Assembly: GCA_038208905.1 (NCBI GenBank)
Contig: JBBQYG010000022.1
Location: forward strand, 1-35,140
DNA length: 35,140 bases
Origin: Candidatus Sumerlaeia bacterium
GTDB taxonomy: Bacteria; Sumerlaeota; Sumerlaeia; SLMS01
Reading direction: 5' to 3'
Within the stretch, counting starts at the first letter, position 1, and the number at the start of each line of letters is the position of its first letter. A program made the position numbers and the translations under genes. Below, in pieces: positions 19,496 through 27,674 of this stretch. The notes below the pieces were generated by a model that did not search any database, was not told where the DNA came from, and was given only the letters and a program-made list of their open reading frames with translations.

Positions 19496-19605
19496 GCACA
19501 GGAATCAATCGTCTGCCGGAGCAGGATTTCAGCGCGCTTCTCAGGATCCACCAAATAGGGATTCTTCTCGGCTAGGAACTTCTCTTTTTTCGGTCGCATA
19601 CGCAT
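19396..19605 (-). CDS. Small putative Fic antitoxin with (S/T)xxxE(G/N) motif
   Basis: MRMRPKKEKFLAEKNPYLVDPEKRAEILLRQTIDSCAYEGIRG...; SCAYEG at 19503-19486; convergent with and overlapping the Fic 3' extension. Confidence 0.65.
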   Translation of the reverse strand: MRMRPKKEKFLAEKNPYLVDPEKRAEILLRQTIDSCAYEGIRGLGQRDSPSRSALATIKASAKKSDKAA

Positions 19606-19693
19606 GTCGTCAGCTTCGCAAAGTACCCCCGGTAAGACAGGGCCGATGTGGCGGATTCGACGACGCGCGTGGTGGCAGGAGGCGGGGAGCGTC

Positions 19694-20068
19694 CTACTTT
19701 CTCGCGCCCTTGAGGAGAGCAAGCACGCGCTCGATCCCCTGCCGCGTGTCTGTATATCCGGGCGGCGTCGCGATTTCCTCCCGCGGTGGGATGCGCCACG
19801 CGCGGCGGGGATAGGCCGCAGCCAGCAGGAAGCTATCGGCGAAGGAAATCCATCCGAAGCCACGGATGCGGAGTTCCGATCGGAACGCCAGCGCGCTCGC
19901 CATCAGATAGACCGGATAGACGAGTCCGAGCAACCCAACCGCAGAGAGCCCCACCGCTCCGAACCGGAGTGTCGGGGCAATCGCGAGCAGCGTTGGCGGG
20001 ACATAGCACATCATCAAGAAATAGGGGTTGGAGAAGTGGAGGTAACGTCCAATCCAGTTCTTGCCCAT
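19694..20068 (-). CDS. Hypothetical small membrane protein
   Basis: 124-aa ORF with hydrophobic stretches, starting 25 nt after the DUF4276 stop; weak SD. Confidence 0.4.
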   Translation of the reverse strand: MGKNWIGRYLHFSNPYFLMMCYVPPTLLAIAPTLRFGAVGLSAVGLLGLVYPVYLMASALAFRSELRIRGFGWISFADSFLLAAAYPRRAWRIPPREEIATPPGYTDTRQGIERVLALLKGARK

Positions 20069-20093
20069 AGAACCGCTAGTACTCCGTAAGTCG

Positions 20094-20696
20094 CTATGCG
20101 ATCGTCTCTCCGCCAGCCAAGGAAAGGATCGTGTTCACCAACGCCTTCAACTCGGGGCAGGCGTTAATGGCGAGCATGAGGTCTTGGCCTTGGAGAATTT
20201 TGGGCGCGTCGATCGGCTTCTTGTAGTCCTTGCGGCAGGTGCCCACCCGGTACGCTTCCTTGATTCGATACGAGGGGGGATTGTCGTGGTTGATCGTCTC
20301 GGGGTAGCCGCCCGGGATGCTTCGATTCGTGCCTGCGAGCTTCATCACGCGGTCCCAGTATGGAATCAACCACGCCTCGAAGTCGTGCAGGGCAACGTGC
20401 GGGTGGAATCGCTTCTCCTCACCGACCCAGCGCCTCGCGGCGGCTTTCGCCTCCTCCGCCGTGGTCCACTTGCCGCTGCCGGGATAGACATCGCTCAGCC
20501 AGATGGCGTGATCGCACGAGGAGAGATGATTCAAGACTGTCCGGCGAAGCTTCTCCCCCGATGGGAGCGCACCATCAAACACACGCGGCCTAATGCTGGG
20601 CATTCGATCGCGTGTCAGCCGCGTCAGGAGAAAATCTCTGAGGATCGGGAGGAACACCCGCTCGGTCTCCCCCTCCACCATCATGACGATCTTCAC
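20094..20696 (-). CDS. DUF4276-family (TOPRIM-like) protein
   Basis: GTGA overlap with the ATPase stop; VEGETE, LSDVYP, LHDFEAWL, PETINHD..PSYRI, YKKPID. Confidence 0.8.
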   Translation of the reverse strand: MKIVMMVEGETERVFLPILRDFLLTRLTRDRMPSIRPRVFDGALPSGEKLRRTVLNHLSSCDHAIWLSDVYPGSGKWTTAEEAKAAARRWVGEEKRFHPHVALHDFEAWLIPYWDRVMKLAGTNRSIPGGYPETINHDNPPSYRIKEAYRVGTCRKDYKKPIDAPKILQGQDLMLAINACPELKALVNTILSLAGGETIA

Positions 20697-21862
20697 CGGG
20701 AACGTGCTCCCATCTCTCCCATCCCCCAGAGCTGATCGAGGGTATAGTCCCCCATCCACTTCTCAAGATCGAGCGTATCGCCCCACGTCGCCTTGGCCCA
20801 GCCCTCCTCGTCAATATCCATGGCGACGACCTCGCTCGGCTTCAGAAAGCGCACGAGCCGGTCCGCGTGGGTGGCCACGATGATCTGTGTCCGGTTGCTC
20901 GCTTCGCGGAAGAGATGGACCAACAGGTTGAGTAATTCAGGATGCAGACTGACCTCCGGCTCATCGATCAGCGTCACCTCCGTAAGGCCGGGAGAATGGA
21001 GAAGCGTCACCAGCCAGAGGAACCGAAGAGTTCCTTCCGAGAGCTGGTGCATATACATCGGGTGCTTGAAGTTCTTGTCTCGCCAAGCGAGCGCGAGAGT
21101 CCCCGCCGCGACGGGCGGGAATTCGAGCCGGTCGAAACTTGGAAATCCAGAGCGGAGGACATCTTCCACAGCCTCGAAGCGCCCACGATCCGTCTCGCGC
21201 ATGTAGAAGAGACAGGAGATCAAGTCCTCGCCGTTCTCACCGGGGAGGTCGGCGGGGCGCATGGGTTGGGGGAGGCGGACTGGCGAGCGAGGCGAAACGT
21301 CGAGGGCGTGGTAGAAGGTGGAGGAGGCGAGCGTCCTCCGAAAGTGCTCGGGATCCTTGAACATAGGGGGAACTTGCGACAGCGCGGTCTGACCCGACTT
21401 CATCTCCCAATCGGGCTTCTTAGGCTTCTTGACTTGCTGATCCCAGTACTGGATTGAGCCCGCAATATTGCGAAGGTACCAAAAAGGGTCTTTCTTCTCA
21501 GCATGCATTCTGCGCGAGAGCTCTTCCCAGGAAATATCATAGCCGGTACCCTGGAGCTCCAGAGTCAACTTGTAGACAATCGGATGTCCTCCTTCGAACG
21601 GCATCTCGACCTCCGCGGAAATGCTTTCCGCATTACCGCCTGATCTCATTGCTGAAATGCCGTGGAAGTCTGCTACCACTTGGGCCAGTTCGCCGCGCGC
21701 GGATCTTGCAAGCAGGGTCCACGAGTCCAGCAAACTTGACTTTCCAACGCCGTTTGCGCCGATCAGCACGGTGAACGGACGCAGCTGTAAATCAAGACTG
21801 CGCAGTCTACGGAATCCCCTTACCCGTAACTGACCAAAGGTGGGACGCGCCATTTCAGCCAC
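20693..21862 (-). CDS. ABC-type (AAA_21/COG4637-like) ATPase
   Basis: GTG after AGGAGG; Walker A GANGVGKS; signature LSEGT; Walker B/D-loop LIDEPEVSLHP; H-loop ATH; no TM segments. Confidence 0.88.
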   Translation of the reverse strand: MAEMARPTFGQLRVRGFRRLRSLDLQLRPFTVLIGANGVGKSSLLDSWTLLARSARGELAQVVADFHGISAMRSGGNAESISAEVEMPFEGGHPIVYKLTLELQGTGYDISWEELSRRMHAEKKDPFWYLRNIAGSIQYWDQQVKKPKKPDWEMKSGQTALSQVPPMFKDPEHFRRTLASSTFYHALDVSPRSPVRLPQPMRPADLPGENGEDLISCLFYMRETDRGRFEAVEDVLRSGFPSFDRLEFPPVAAGTLALAWRDKNFKHPMYMHQLSEGTLRFLWLVTLLHSPGLTEVTLIDEPEVSLHPELLNLLVHLFREASNRTQIIVATHADRLVRFLKPSEVVAMDIDEEGWAKATWGDTLDLEKWMGDYTLDQLWGMGEMGARSR

Positions 21863-21956
21863 CGTCGATCTCCTCCTGCATAGCGCCCATAATTTCCGAC
21901 TTCAACTTCCCACATTTCACTCTTGTATCGTCCTACTGATCCAAACCTGTCAATGC

Positions 21957-22886
21957 CTACCCCCGCCCCATCGTCAACCTCATCACCAGCAGCTCCGTGT
22001 ACTCGTCCCACGCGGGGACGTAGTTTTCCTCGCCGGTGGGGTACATGATTGTTTGGAGGCGGTTGCTCATGGCGACGAGTTCGCGGAGTTGGGGGAGGGT
22101 GAATCGCTTGGCGAAGTCGTGCATCTTCTTGGCCTTCCATTCGGGGGCCTTGGCGAGGCAGGGGAAGTTCTGGGCGGCGACCTGGGCGCGGGGGACTTGG
22201 GCGGCGCGGGCCTCGGCTTCGCACTTGGCCTGGAGGGTCAGCTCAATCACTCCCGCAATCGTGCTGTATATACGCAGGCGTCCGCCGGAGTCGCTGCCGA
22301 TGCGGTCGATCCAGTCGCGAAGGAGCGTAAGCGCGGCGGGGGCGTTCTGGGAGAGGAGGTGGTTCTCGAATTCGTACTGGAGCGGCTTCTCACGGTGGGC
22401 AATCACCTGACCGTGGCGGACAATGTACTGGAAGAGTTCCGATTCCTGGGAGACGGTCTTCTGCCGCTCGTCGTTTTCCGTGCAGGCAAAGATGGCGATG
22501 TTGCGCGTGGTGGGCAGCACGTCGCGGAACCAGGCGATCAGGGTCTCCGCGCGCGAGGGCCCGCCCGCCGGCTTGGCGGTCTTCTTCTCCTTGGCGGGAG
22601 CCTTCTTCGCGCGGCTGCGCTTGGCGTCGAAGAGGTCCTGCAAGTCGTGGATCACCACCACGCGGCGAGAGTCGTCGAGGAAGGACGTGGTGCCGAGCTC
22701 GCCCAGAATCTCCGACAGCGCGTTGTCCAGCTTGAGCGGCACGTTCCCGCCGCTGCGGATTTCCGTCAGGCCGCTGTCGCGCTCCTCGGGGCTGAGGATC
22801 GACGCGACGAGTTCATAGCGCGTGTTGGAAACCTCGGCCTCCATGTTGCCGTGAATGAGGTAGAGCTGGCTTTTCGGAAAGCGCAT
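21957..22886 (-). CDS. holA: DNA polymerase III delta subunit-like protein (divergent)
   Basis: LYLIHG start, TTSFLDDSRRVVVIHD (HolA-like PFF..RRLV), C-terminal WKAKK...AKRFTLPQLRELV. Confidence 0.6.
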   Translation of the reverse strand: MRFPKSQLYLIHGNMEAEVSNTRYELVASILSPEERDSGLTEIRSGGNVPLKLDNALSEILGELGTTSFLDDSRRVVVIHDLQDLFDAKRSRAKKAPAKEKKTAKPAGGPSRAETLIAWFRDVLPTTRNIAIFACTENDERQKTVSQESELFQYIVRHGQVIAHREKPLQYEFENHLLSQNAPAALTLLRDWIDRIGSDSGGRLRIYSTIAGVIELTLQAKCEAEARAAQVPRAQVAAQNFPCLAKAPEWKAKKMHDFAKRFTLPQLRELVAMSNRLQTIMYPTGEENYVPAWDEYTELLVMRLTMGRG

Positions 22887-22921
22887 AAGGGCGGGGATGA
22901 GGGCGGAGGGATGAAAGGCTA

Positions 22922-23024
22922 GTGACGCATCAACGCAGATTCCAGCGATGCAGTCTGCATGCAAAGTCAAATCGGTCCATCATGTCAATAAGGTCAAAGC
23001 TCTCGTTCCCGGGTTGTTGGCACA
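22922..23024 (+). repeat. Dispersed intergenic repeat, copy 2
   Basis: Same + strand orientation as copy 1 (15073-15174); GTCNA units at 22966, 22975, 22984, 22993. Confidence 0.9.
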
Positions 23025-23051
23025 GTCGGGATGCAAACACTGCGGGGCGGA

Positions 23052-23438
23052 TTAGGGTGCTGGCGGGCGGAGCAGGGCAAGGGCGAGGGCGATCCAGCCG
23101 GCGAGGAGGGCGAGGCCGCCGATGGGGGTGATGGCGCCGAGCCATCGCTGGCCGGTGGCGACGAGGAGGTAGAGGCTGCCGCTGAAAATGACAATGCCGA
23201 CGACGAAGAGCCACCCGGCAAGGCGGGCCCGCGGATGGCGTTCCGCCGCCCACAGGGCGATGAAGATCGCGAAGACGTGGTAGAATTGGTAGCGTACACC
23301 GGTCTCGAAGATTTCGAGCATCGCCGGTTCAAGCCGCGACTTGAGCGCGTGGGCGCCGAAGGCCCCAAGAGCGAGGGCGAGAAACCCCAGCGCGGCGCCC
23401 AAGACGCCGAGAGCGCGACCGCCACCGGCCGCCTTCAC
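23052..23438 (-). CDS. DUF423 (YgdD/TMEM256) membrane protein
   Basis: LGAFGAHAL, FETGVRYQFYH, GIVIFSGSLY, GAITPIGG. Confidence 0.92.
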   Translation of the reverse strand: MKAAGGGRALGVLGAALGFLALALGAFGAHALKSRLEPAMLEIFETGVRYQFYHVFAIFIALWAAERHPRARLAGWLFVVGIVIFSGSLYLLVATGQRWLGAITPIGGLALLAGWIALALALLRPPAP

Positions 23439-24253
23439 CGGTCCACTTCGTCGTCGAGGGTCGAGAACTTGATGTCGTCCTCCAGGTCAAAGTGGCTGAT
23501 GGCGCCGGAGGACTGCCGCCGCTCGGCCTGCTTGTTAGTGCCCTCGTCCATTTCGCGGGCGGCGTCCAGGATCAGGTTCTGGGTGGGTACCTTATTGCTG
23601 CGCTCGCCAGAGAGGCAGGCGTCCCAGATGCGTATCTCGCCCTCGCTCCAGCGCATCAGCTCCAGCATCGCCCCAAAGCCCTGCATCGCGCCACACTCGA
23701 TGTGGGTGATCTCCCCCGCCACCATGTAAACAGAGCCGACCCGCCCGTCGATCGTGAAGATGCGCAGGGTGCGGTCCGACCGCTTGTTGTGGAACGCCAT
23801 CAGGAGGTCGATGAGTTCAAGGCCGTTGAGGTGCGGGTGTTCGGGGGGCTTGGGATAGAGGAGCTTGTTCAGCATGTCGATGAACAGGTCGAGGCGGACG
23901 GGACGGTCGAAGATCGCCGTGGCGCCGCGCTTGAGCGCCTCGTCCCTCATGCCGGGGCGAATGCCCCCTTTGCCCGACCCGCCGACGAAGATCAGGTGGT
24001 TCTCTTGCCCGATCTGCTCACGGATGGGATCGATCATGTCCAGCCCCATCACATCGGGAAGGCGCTGGTCCAGCAGGACCACATTGGGCCGGTTCATGGC
24101 CAGCGACATCGCGTCGAAGCCCGAGGGTGCCCGGTAGATGTCCAGCTTCTCGCCAAAGGTGGTATGGAGGTGCTGCTCGAACAGGAGGGCCTCCTCGGGC
24201 TTGCCGAGCGCGAGGAGGATCACGAATTTCTGCTGCTGGTGGGCTTCCGCCAT
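23435..24253 (-). CDS. Receiver-like domain plus DUF4388/PATAN-like domain protein
   Basis: VVLLDQRLPDVMGLDM; LNGLELIDLL...GSVYMVAGEITHIECG...G.GAMLELMRWSEG...LILDAAREMDE. Confidence 0.75.
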   Translation of the reverse strand: MAEAHQQQKFVILLALGKPEEALLFEQHLHTTFGEKLDIYRAPSGFDAMSLAMNRPNVVLLDQRLPDVMGLDMIDPIREQIGQENHLIFVGGSGKGGIRPGMRDEALKRGATAIFDRPVRLDLFIDMLNKLLYPKPPEHPHLNGLELIDLLMAFHNKRSDRTLRIFTIDGRVGSVYMVAGEITHIECGAMQGFGAMLELMRWSEGEIRIWDACLSGERSNKVPTQNLILDAAREMDEGTNKQAERRQSSGAISHFDLEDDIKFSTLDDEVDR

Positions 24254-24417
24254 GCGTGGGTGCGTTGCTGTGGGGTCGTCGGATTGGGTGGGCAAAAGGA
24301 CCGCCGCGCCACCGCCCAAAGACCATGAGTCAGGGCGGGCGGCGCGGCAAAGTCAATGCGGTTTCGCGGCGGAGGCGGCGCCATGAAAGCGCGCCCCATT
24401 CAAGCCAGGCCGCCGGA

Positions 24418-25068
24418 TCAGTAGGTTACGTTGATCGGATAGGCCCTCGCGGCCACGTCGGGCTGGGCCTGACTCCTCATTACTTCGCCTCTCGATTTCG
24501 TGCCGTTGGTGGGGTCGTATTGCTGCCATAGCCAATCCTGCTGGTTGTTTCCGTCGGCAAAGCCAGTTGGCAGCGGTATCAGCGTTCCGTCTGGCCCCTT
24601 GGAAACCAAGAGCCAAGAGCCGTGCACCTGCTGGGCCATCAGCATTCCCGGTGCCCCGGGACCCGGTAGGGCCTGAAATGGCGACGATGCTGTTCCGCCA
24701 GAGAGATAGCGTTCCCTGAATGCGCGATAACGGAGGCGCTCGCGGAACTGGTTGTTGTCGGTCGCTTGGACGCCCACAGAGAAGATATCCTGCATGCGTG
24801 CCGCGTTCGTCAGATAGGCGATGGGTGTGGTAATGCAGCGATTGAGGTAGTACGGGACTGCCACGTCGTCGGCCCAGTCGAAGGGCGCGTGGTTGAAGTC
24901 CACATTGTAGGCTTCAATCCCGACGGCAACCGTGCGCATGTCAGCCTTCATTCGGCTGACTTTCGCGCGCGTCTGTGCCTCCAGAAAGTTGGGTACGGCG
25001 ATGGCTGCCAGAATGGCGATGATGGCCACTACGATCAGGAGTTCGATCAGAGTAAATCCACGCTTCAT
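24418..25068 (-). CDS. Type IV prepilin/pseudopilin-like protein
   Basis: ATG after AGGAG; G|FTLIE cleavage/methylation site; SKGPDG and YDPTNGTKSRG near the C-terminus. Confidence 0.9.
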   Translation of the reverse strand: MKRGFTLIELLIVVAIIAILAAIAVPNFLEAQTRAKVSRMKADMRTVAVGIEAYNVDFNHAPFDWADDVAVPYYLNRCITTPIAYLTNAARMQDIFSVGVQATDNNQFRERLRYRAFRERYLSGGTASSPFQALPGPGAPGMLMAQQVHGSWLLVSKGPDGTLIPLPTGFADGNNQQDWLWQQYDPTNGTKSRGEVMRSQAQPDVAARAYPINVTY

Positions 25069-25209
25069 GAAAAATCTCCTTGGGAGGGTGTAAGGATGCG
25101 GAGTGGGGCAGAATAGCATCCCGGGGGCGGCAGGCAACCAGATTCTAGGGTGATTGGTTGTCTTTGGCGTTGCTGCCGGGGGGGGCGGTTCCAGACTCCG
25201 TAAGGGTCG

Positions 25210-26796
25210 ATGCCCGGGACGGAGCAGGCTGTGCCGATGGATTCTGGTGGATCACCGATTGCCGCGCCGCCGCGCCTCCGCCGGGCCGCGGTGGCGGCGC
25301 TGGGCGCCTATGTGGCGGTGCTCGCGGCAACGTCGCTGTTCTGGCGATTCACTCAGGACGCGGCGATGCAGTTGTATCTGGGCTGGCTGTATGTCGAGCA
25401 CGGCCATGTCCCCTATCGGGATACCTTCGAGACGAGCATGCCGGGGGCGCCGATGATGCACGCGCTGATTGTGGCGGTTCTGGGCGCTTCGGACATGGCG
25501 TTTCGCGTGTGGGATGTGGCGTGGGTGGTGGCTTTTCTGGCGGTGATGTGGCGGCTGATGAGGCCGTTCGGGCGGGAAGTGGCGCTGGTGGGTCCGCTGC
25601 TGTTCGCGGCGCACTACCTTGGGACGGGTCCGCCTATTTCGTTCCAGCGGGATTTTTTCCTGCTCCTTCCGCCGATGGCGGCGGCGCTGGCGGCAACGCA
25701 TCTGAGGGGTGGGTTCGCGCGCGGCTTCCTGATCGGCGCGGGCGCGGGGATGGCCGCGACGGTGAAGCCACAGGCGGCGCTGTTGGCCCTGCCGATCGCC
25801 GCGTGGCAAATCGCCGAGGATCGCGCGGCCAGACCGGGGGCCCCTGGGCGGGCCCACGCGCCGCTGGTGCTGGGAATCCTCCTGGGCGGGGCCTCGGTTG
25901 GCGCGGTCACGGCGGCCTTTCTTGCCTGGAATGGCGCCCTTGGGACGTTTCTCGATTTCAGCACGGGGTACATGAAGCTCTATGCCCATCTGGACGGATC
26001 GCTGCGCCCGGTCTCCGCAGGGGAGCGCCTGCTGAACATTGCCAAGGGCGCCCGCAACCTGAGCGACAAGCCGCTGTGGTTCGCCGCGGCGCTATTGGGT
26101 GTCTACCGCGCGGTGTATCGCGCGGAGCTTGATGGCGTGGCGCGGCGGAGGCTCCTGCTCTTCCTTGGCCTCGCGGCCTATGCCTTTATTCACGTGCTAT
26201 TTCAGGCGAAGTTCTGGATCTATCACTGGCTGCCGTGGATGGTCGTGGTCACGGCGCTGTCGGCGCTGTGCCTGTTGCCGGGGAAGGATTCCACTGGTCG
26301 CGGGGAGGGCCGTTTCGCCGCGCTGGCGCTGCTGGTTGTTGCGCTGCTGTCGCTGCCGGTGCCGAATGAGTCGATCCGCATCGCGACCGGGCGCGGGCCA
26401 ACTCCGCCGAAGCATGGCTCGCCCGACCGCATTGCCGCTTGGCTGGCGCAGCACTCAAGGCCCGGCGACGTCGCGCAGTGCATCGACCTGATCGGGGGAG
26501 GGGCACACGCGCTGCTGATTGCGCGGCTGCCGCTGGCGACGGAGTTTGCGACGGACTTGCAGTTTCACCACGATGTGGACGATCCGAAGTTCGCTCCGCG
26601 CCGACGCCACTTTGTGGAGCGCCTGGCGGCCTCCCGGGCGCGGTTCGTGGTGGAGATCATCGACCACCGCATGTGGCCGACGGGGCCCAACACGACGCGG
26701 GAGTTCCCGGAATTGCGCGCCCTGCTGGAGCGGGACTACCGGGTGGCTGTGGAAGACCCCGCCTTCCTGATCTGGGAGCGGTCGGCGACCGAGTAG
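25210..26796 (+). CDS. GT-C fold multi-TM membrane glycosyltransferase (start 25210 or 25237)
   Basis: GHVPYRDTFETSMPG, QRD, ATVKPQ, QAKFWIYHWLP; many TM helices. Confidence 0.75.
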   Translation: MPGTEQAVPMDSGGSPIAAPPRLRRAAVAALGAYVAVLAATSLFWRFTQDAAMQLYLGWLYVEHGHVPYRDTFETSMPGAPMMHALIVAVLGASDMAFRVWDVAWVVAFLAVMWRLMRPFGREVALVGPLLFAAHYLGTGPPISFQRDFFLLLPPMAAALAATHLRGGFARGFLIGAGAGMAATVKPQAALLALPIAAWQIAEDRAARPGAPGRAHAPLVLGILLGGASVGAVTAAFLAWNGALGTFLDFSTGYMKLYAHLDGSLRPVSAGERLLNIAKGARNLSDKPLWFAAALLGVYRAVYRAELDGVARRRLLLFLGLAAYAFIHVLFQAKFWIYHWLPWMVVVTALSALCLLPGKDSTGRGEGRFAALALLVVALLSLPVPNESIRIATGRGPTPPKHGSPDRIAAWLAQHSRPGDVAQCIDLIGGGAHALLIARLPLATEFATDLQFHHDVDDPKFAPRRRHFVERLAASRARFVVEIIDHRMWPTGPNTTREFPELRALLERDYRVAVEDPAFLIWERSATE

Positions 26797-26903
26797 CGCT
26801 GGCCCGCTTCATGCCTATCGCCGGGTGCGACCAAACGAATGAACCACCCCCGCCGACGATCCCCGTTGATTCCCACACCCGCTGTGCGCCAATCCAGCAT
26901 ACG

Positions 26904-27674
26904 ATGAGCGACGAAAACTACCTCCAGATGGATGGTGTGTCGCTGCGATTCCCGACAGGGGTCGTGGCGCTGGATGGCGTGGACCTGACCGTGCCGCGCG
27001 GCGAGTTCCTTGGCATCGTGGGGCCGTCGGGATGCGGAAAATCGACGCTGCTGCGCGTGGTGGCGGGCCTGATCGCGCCGACGGCTGGGCGCGTGGCCGT
27101 GGCGGGCGCGGAGGTCGGCGCGGCGCGGCGCGCGCGGCGCGCGGTGGCCTTCGTCTTTCAGTCGGCCACGCTCCTCCCCTGGCGAACGGTGGTGCGCAAC
27201 GTGCAGCTCCCTCTGGAATTGCGCGGGCGCCTTGCCCCGGAACAGCGGGCGCACATCGACGAGACCATCGACCTGGTGGGCCTCTCGTACTTCCGAAATT
27301 CATATCCCCATCAGCTTTCGGGCGGCATGCAGATGCGCGTTTCGCTGGCACGGGCGCTGGTGACGCGGCCGGAGTTGCTCCTCCTCGACGAGCCGTTTGG
27401 GGCGCTGGACGACATCACGCGTCAGCGACTCAACGAGGAACTGCTGGCGCTCTGGGAGCGCGACCGGTTCACGGCGCTCTTTGTGACGCACAACGTGGCG
27501 GAGGCGGCCTTTCTCACGGGCCGAACCGTCGTGATGAGCCCCCGCCCCGGGCGTATCGTCTCGGAGCACGTGATTCCCTTCGCGCATCCACGCGGGCCGG
27601 AGCTTCGCGCCTCGGCGGAGTTTGCGCACCTATCCGGCGAGATCGCGGCGAGCCTGCGGAGGGTCGTCGCGTGA
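26904..27674 (+). CDS. NitT/TauT-family ABC transporter ATP-binding protein
   Basis: [37 protein letters not shown]. Confidence 0.93.
   Translation: MSDENYLQMDGVSLRFPTGVVALDGVDLTVPRGEFLGIVGPSGCGKSTLLRVVAGLIAPTAGRVAVAGAEVGAARRARRAVAFVFQSATLLPWRTVVRNVQLPLELRGRLAPEQRAHIDETIDLVGLSYFRNSYPHQLSGGMQMRVSLARALVTRPELLLLDEPFGALDDITRQRLNEELLALWERDRFTALFVTHNVAEAAFLTGRTVVMSPRPGRIVSEHVIPFAHPRGPELRASAEFAHLSGEIAASLRRVVA

Noticed and set aside
21892-21920. Imperfect 6-7-mer tandem (TTCCGAC TTCAAC TTCCCAC) upstream of the ATPase
   Set aside because: Too short and degenerate to distinguish from chance.
18720-21956. att-like duplication of the prfA or holA 3' end at the island borders
   Set aside because: No direct repeat found by eye and no integrase present.
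26797-26903. TPP riboswitch before the THI5-like transporter
   Set aside because: Lacks the CTGAGA and downstream conserved TPP elements.
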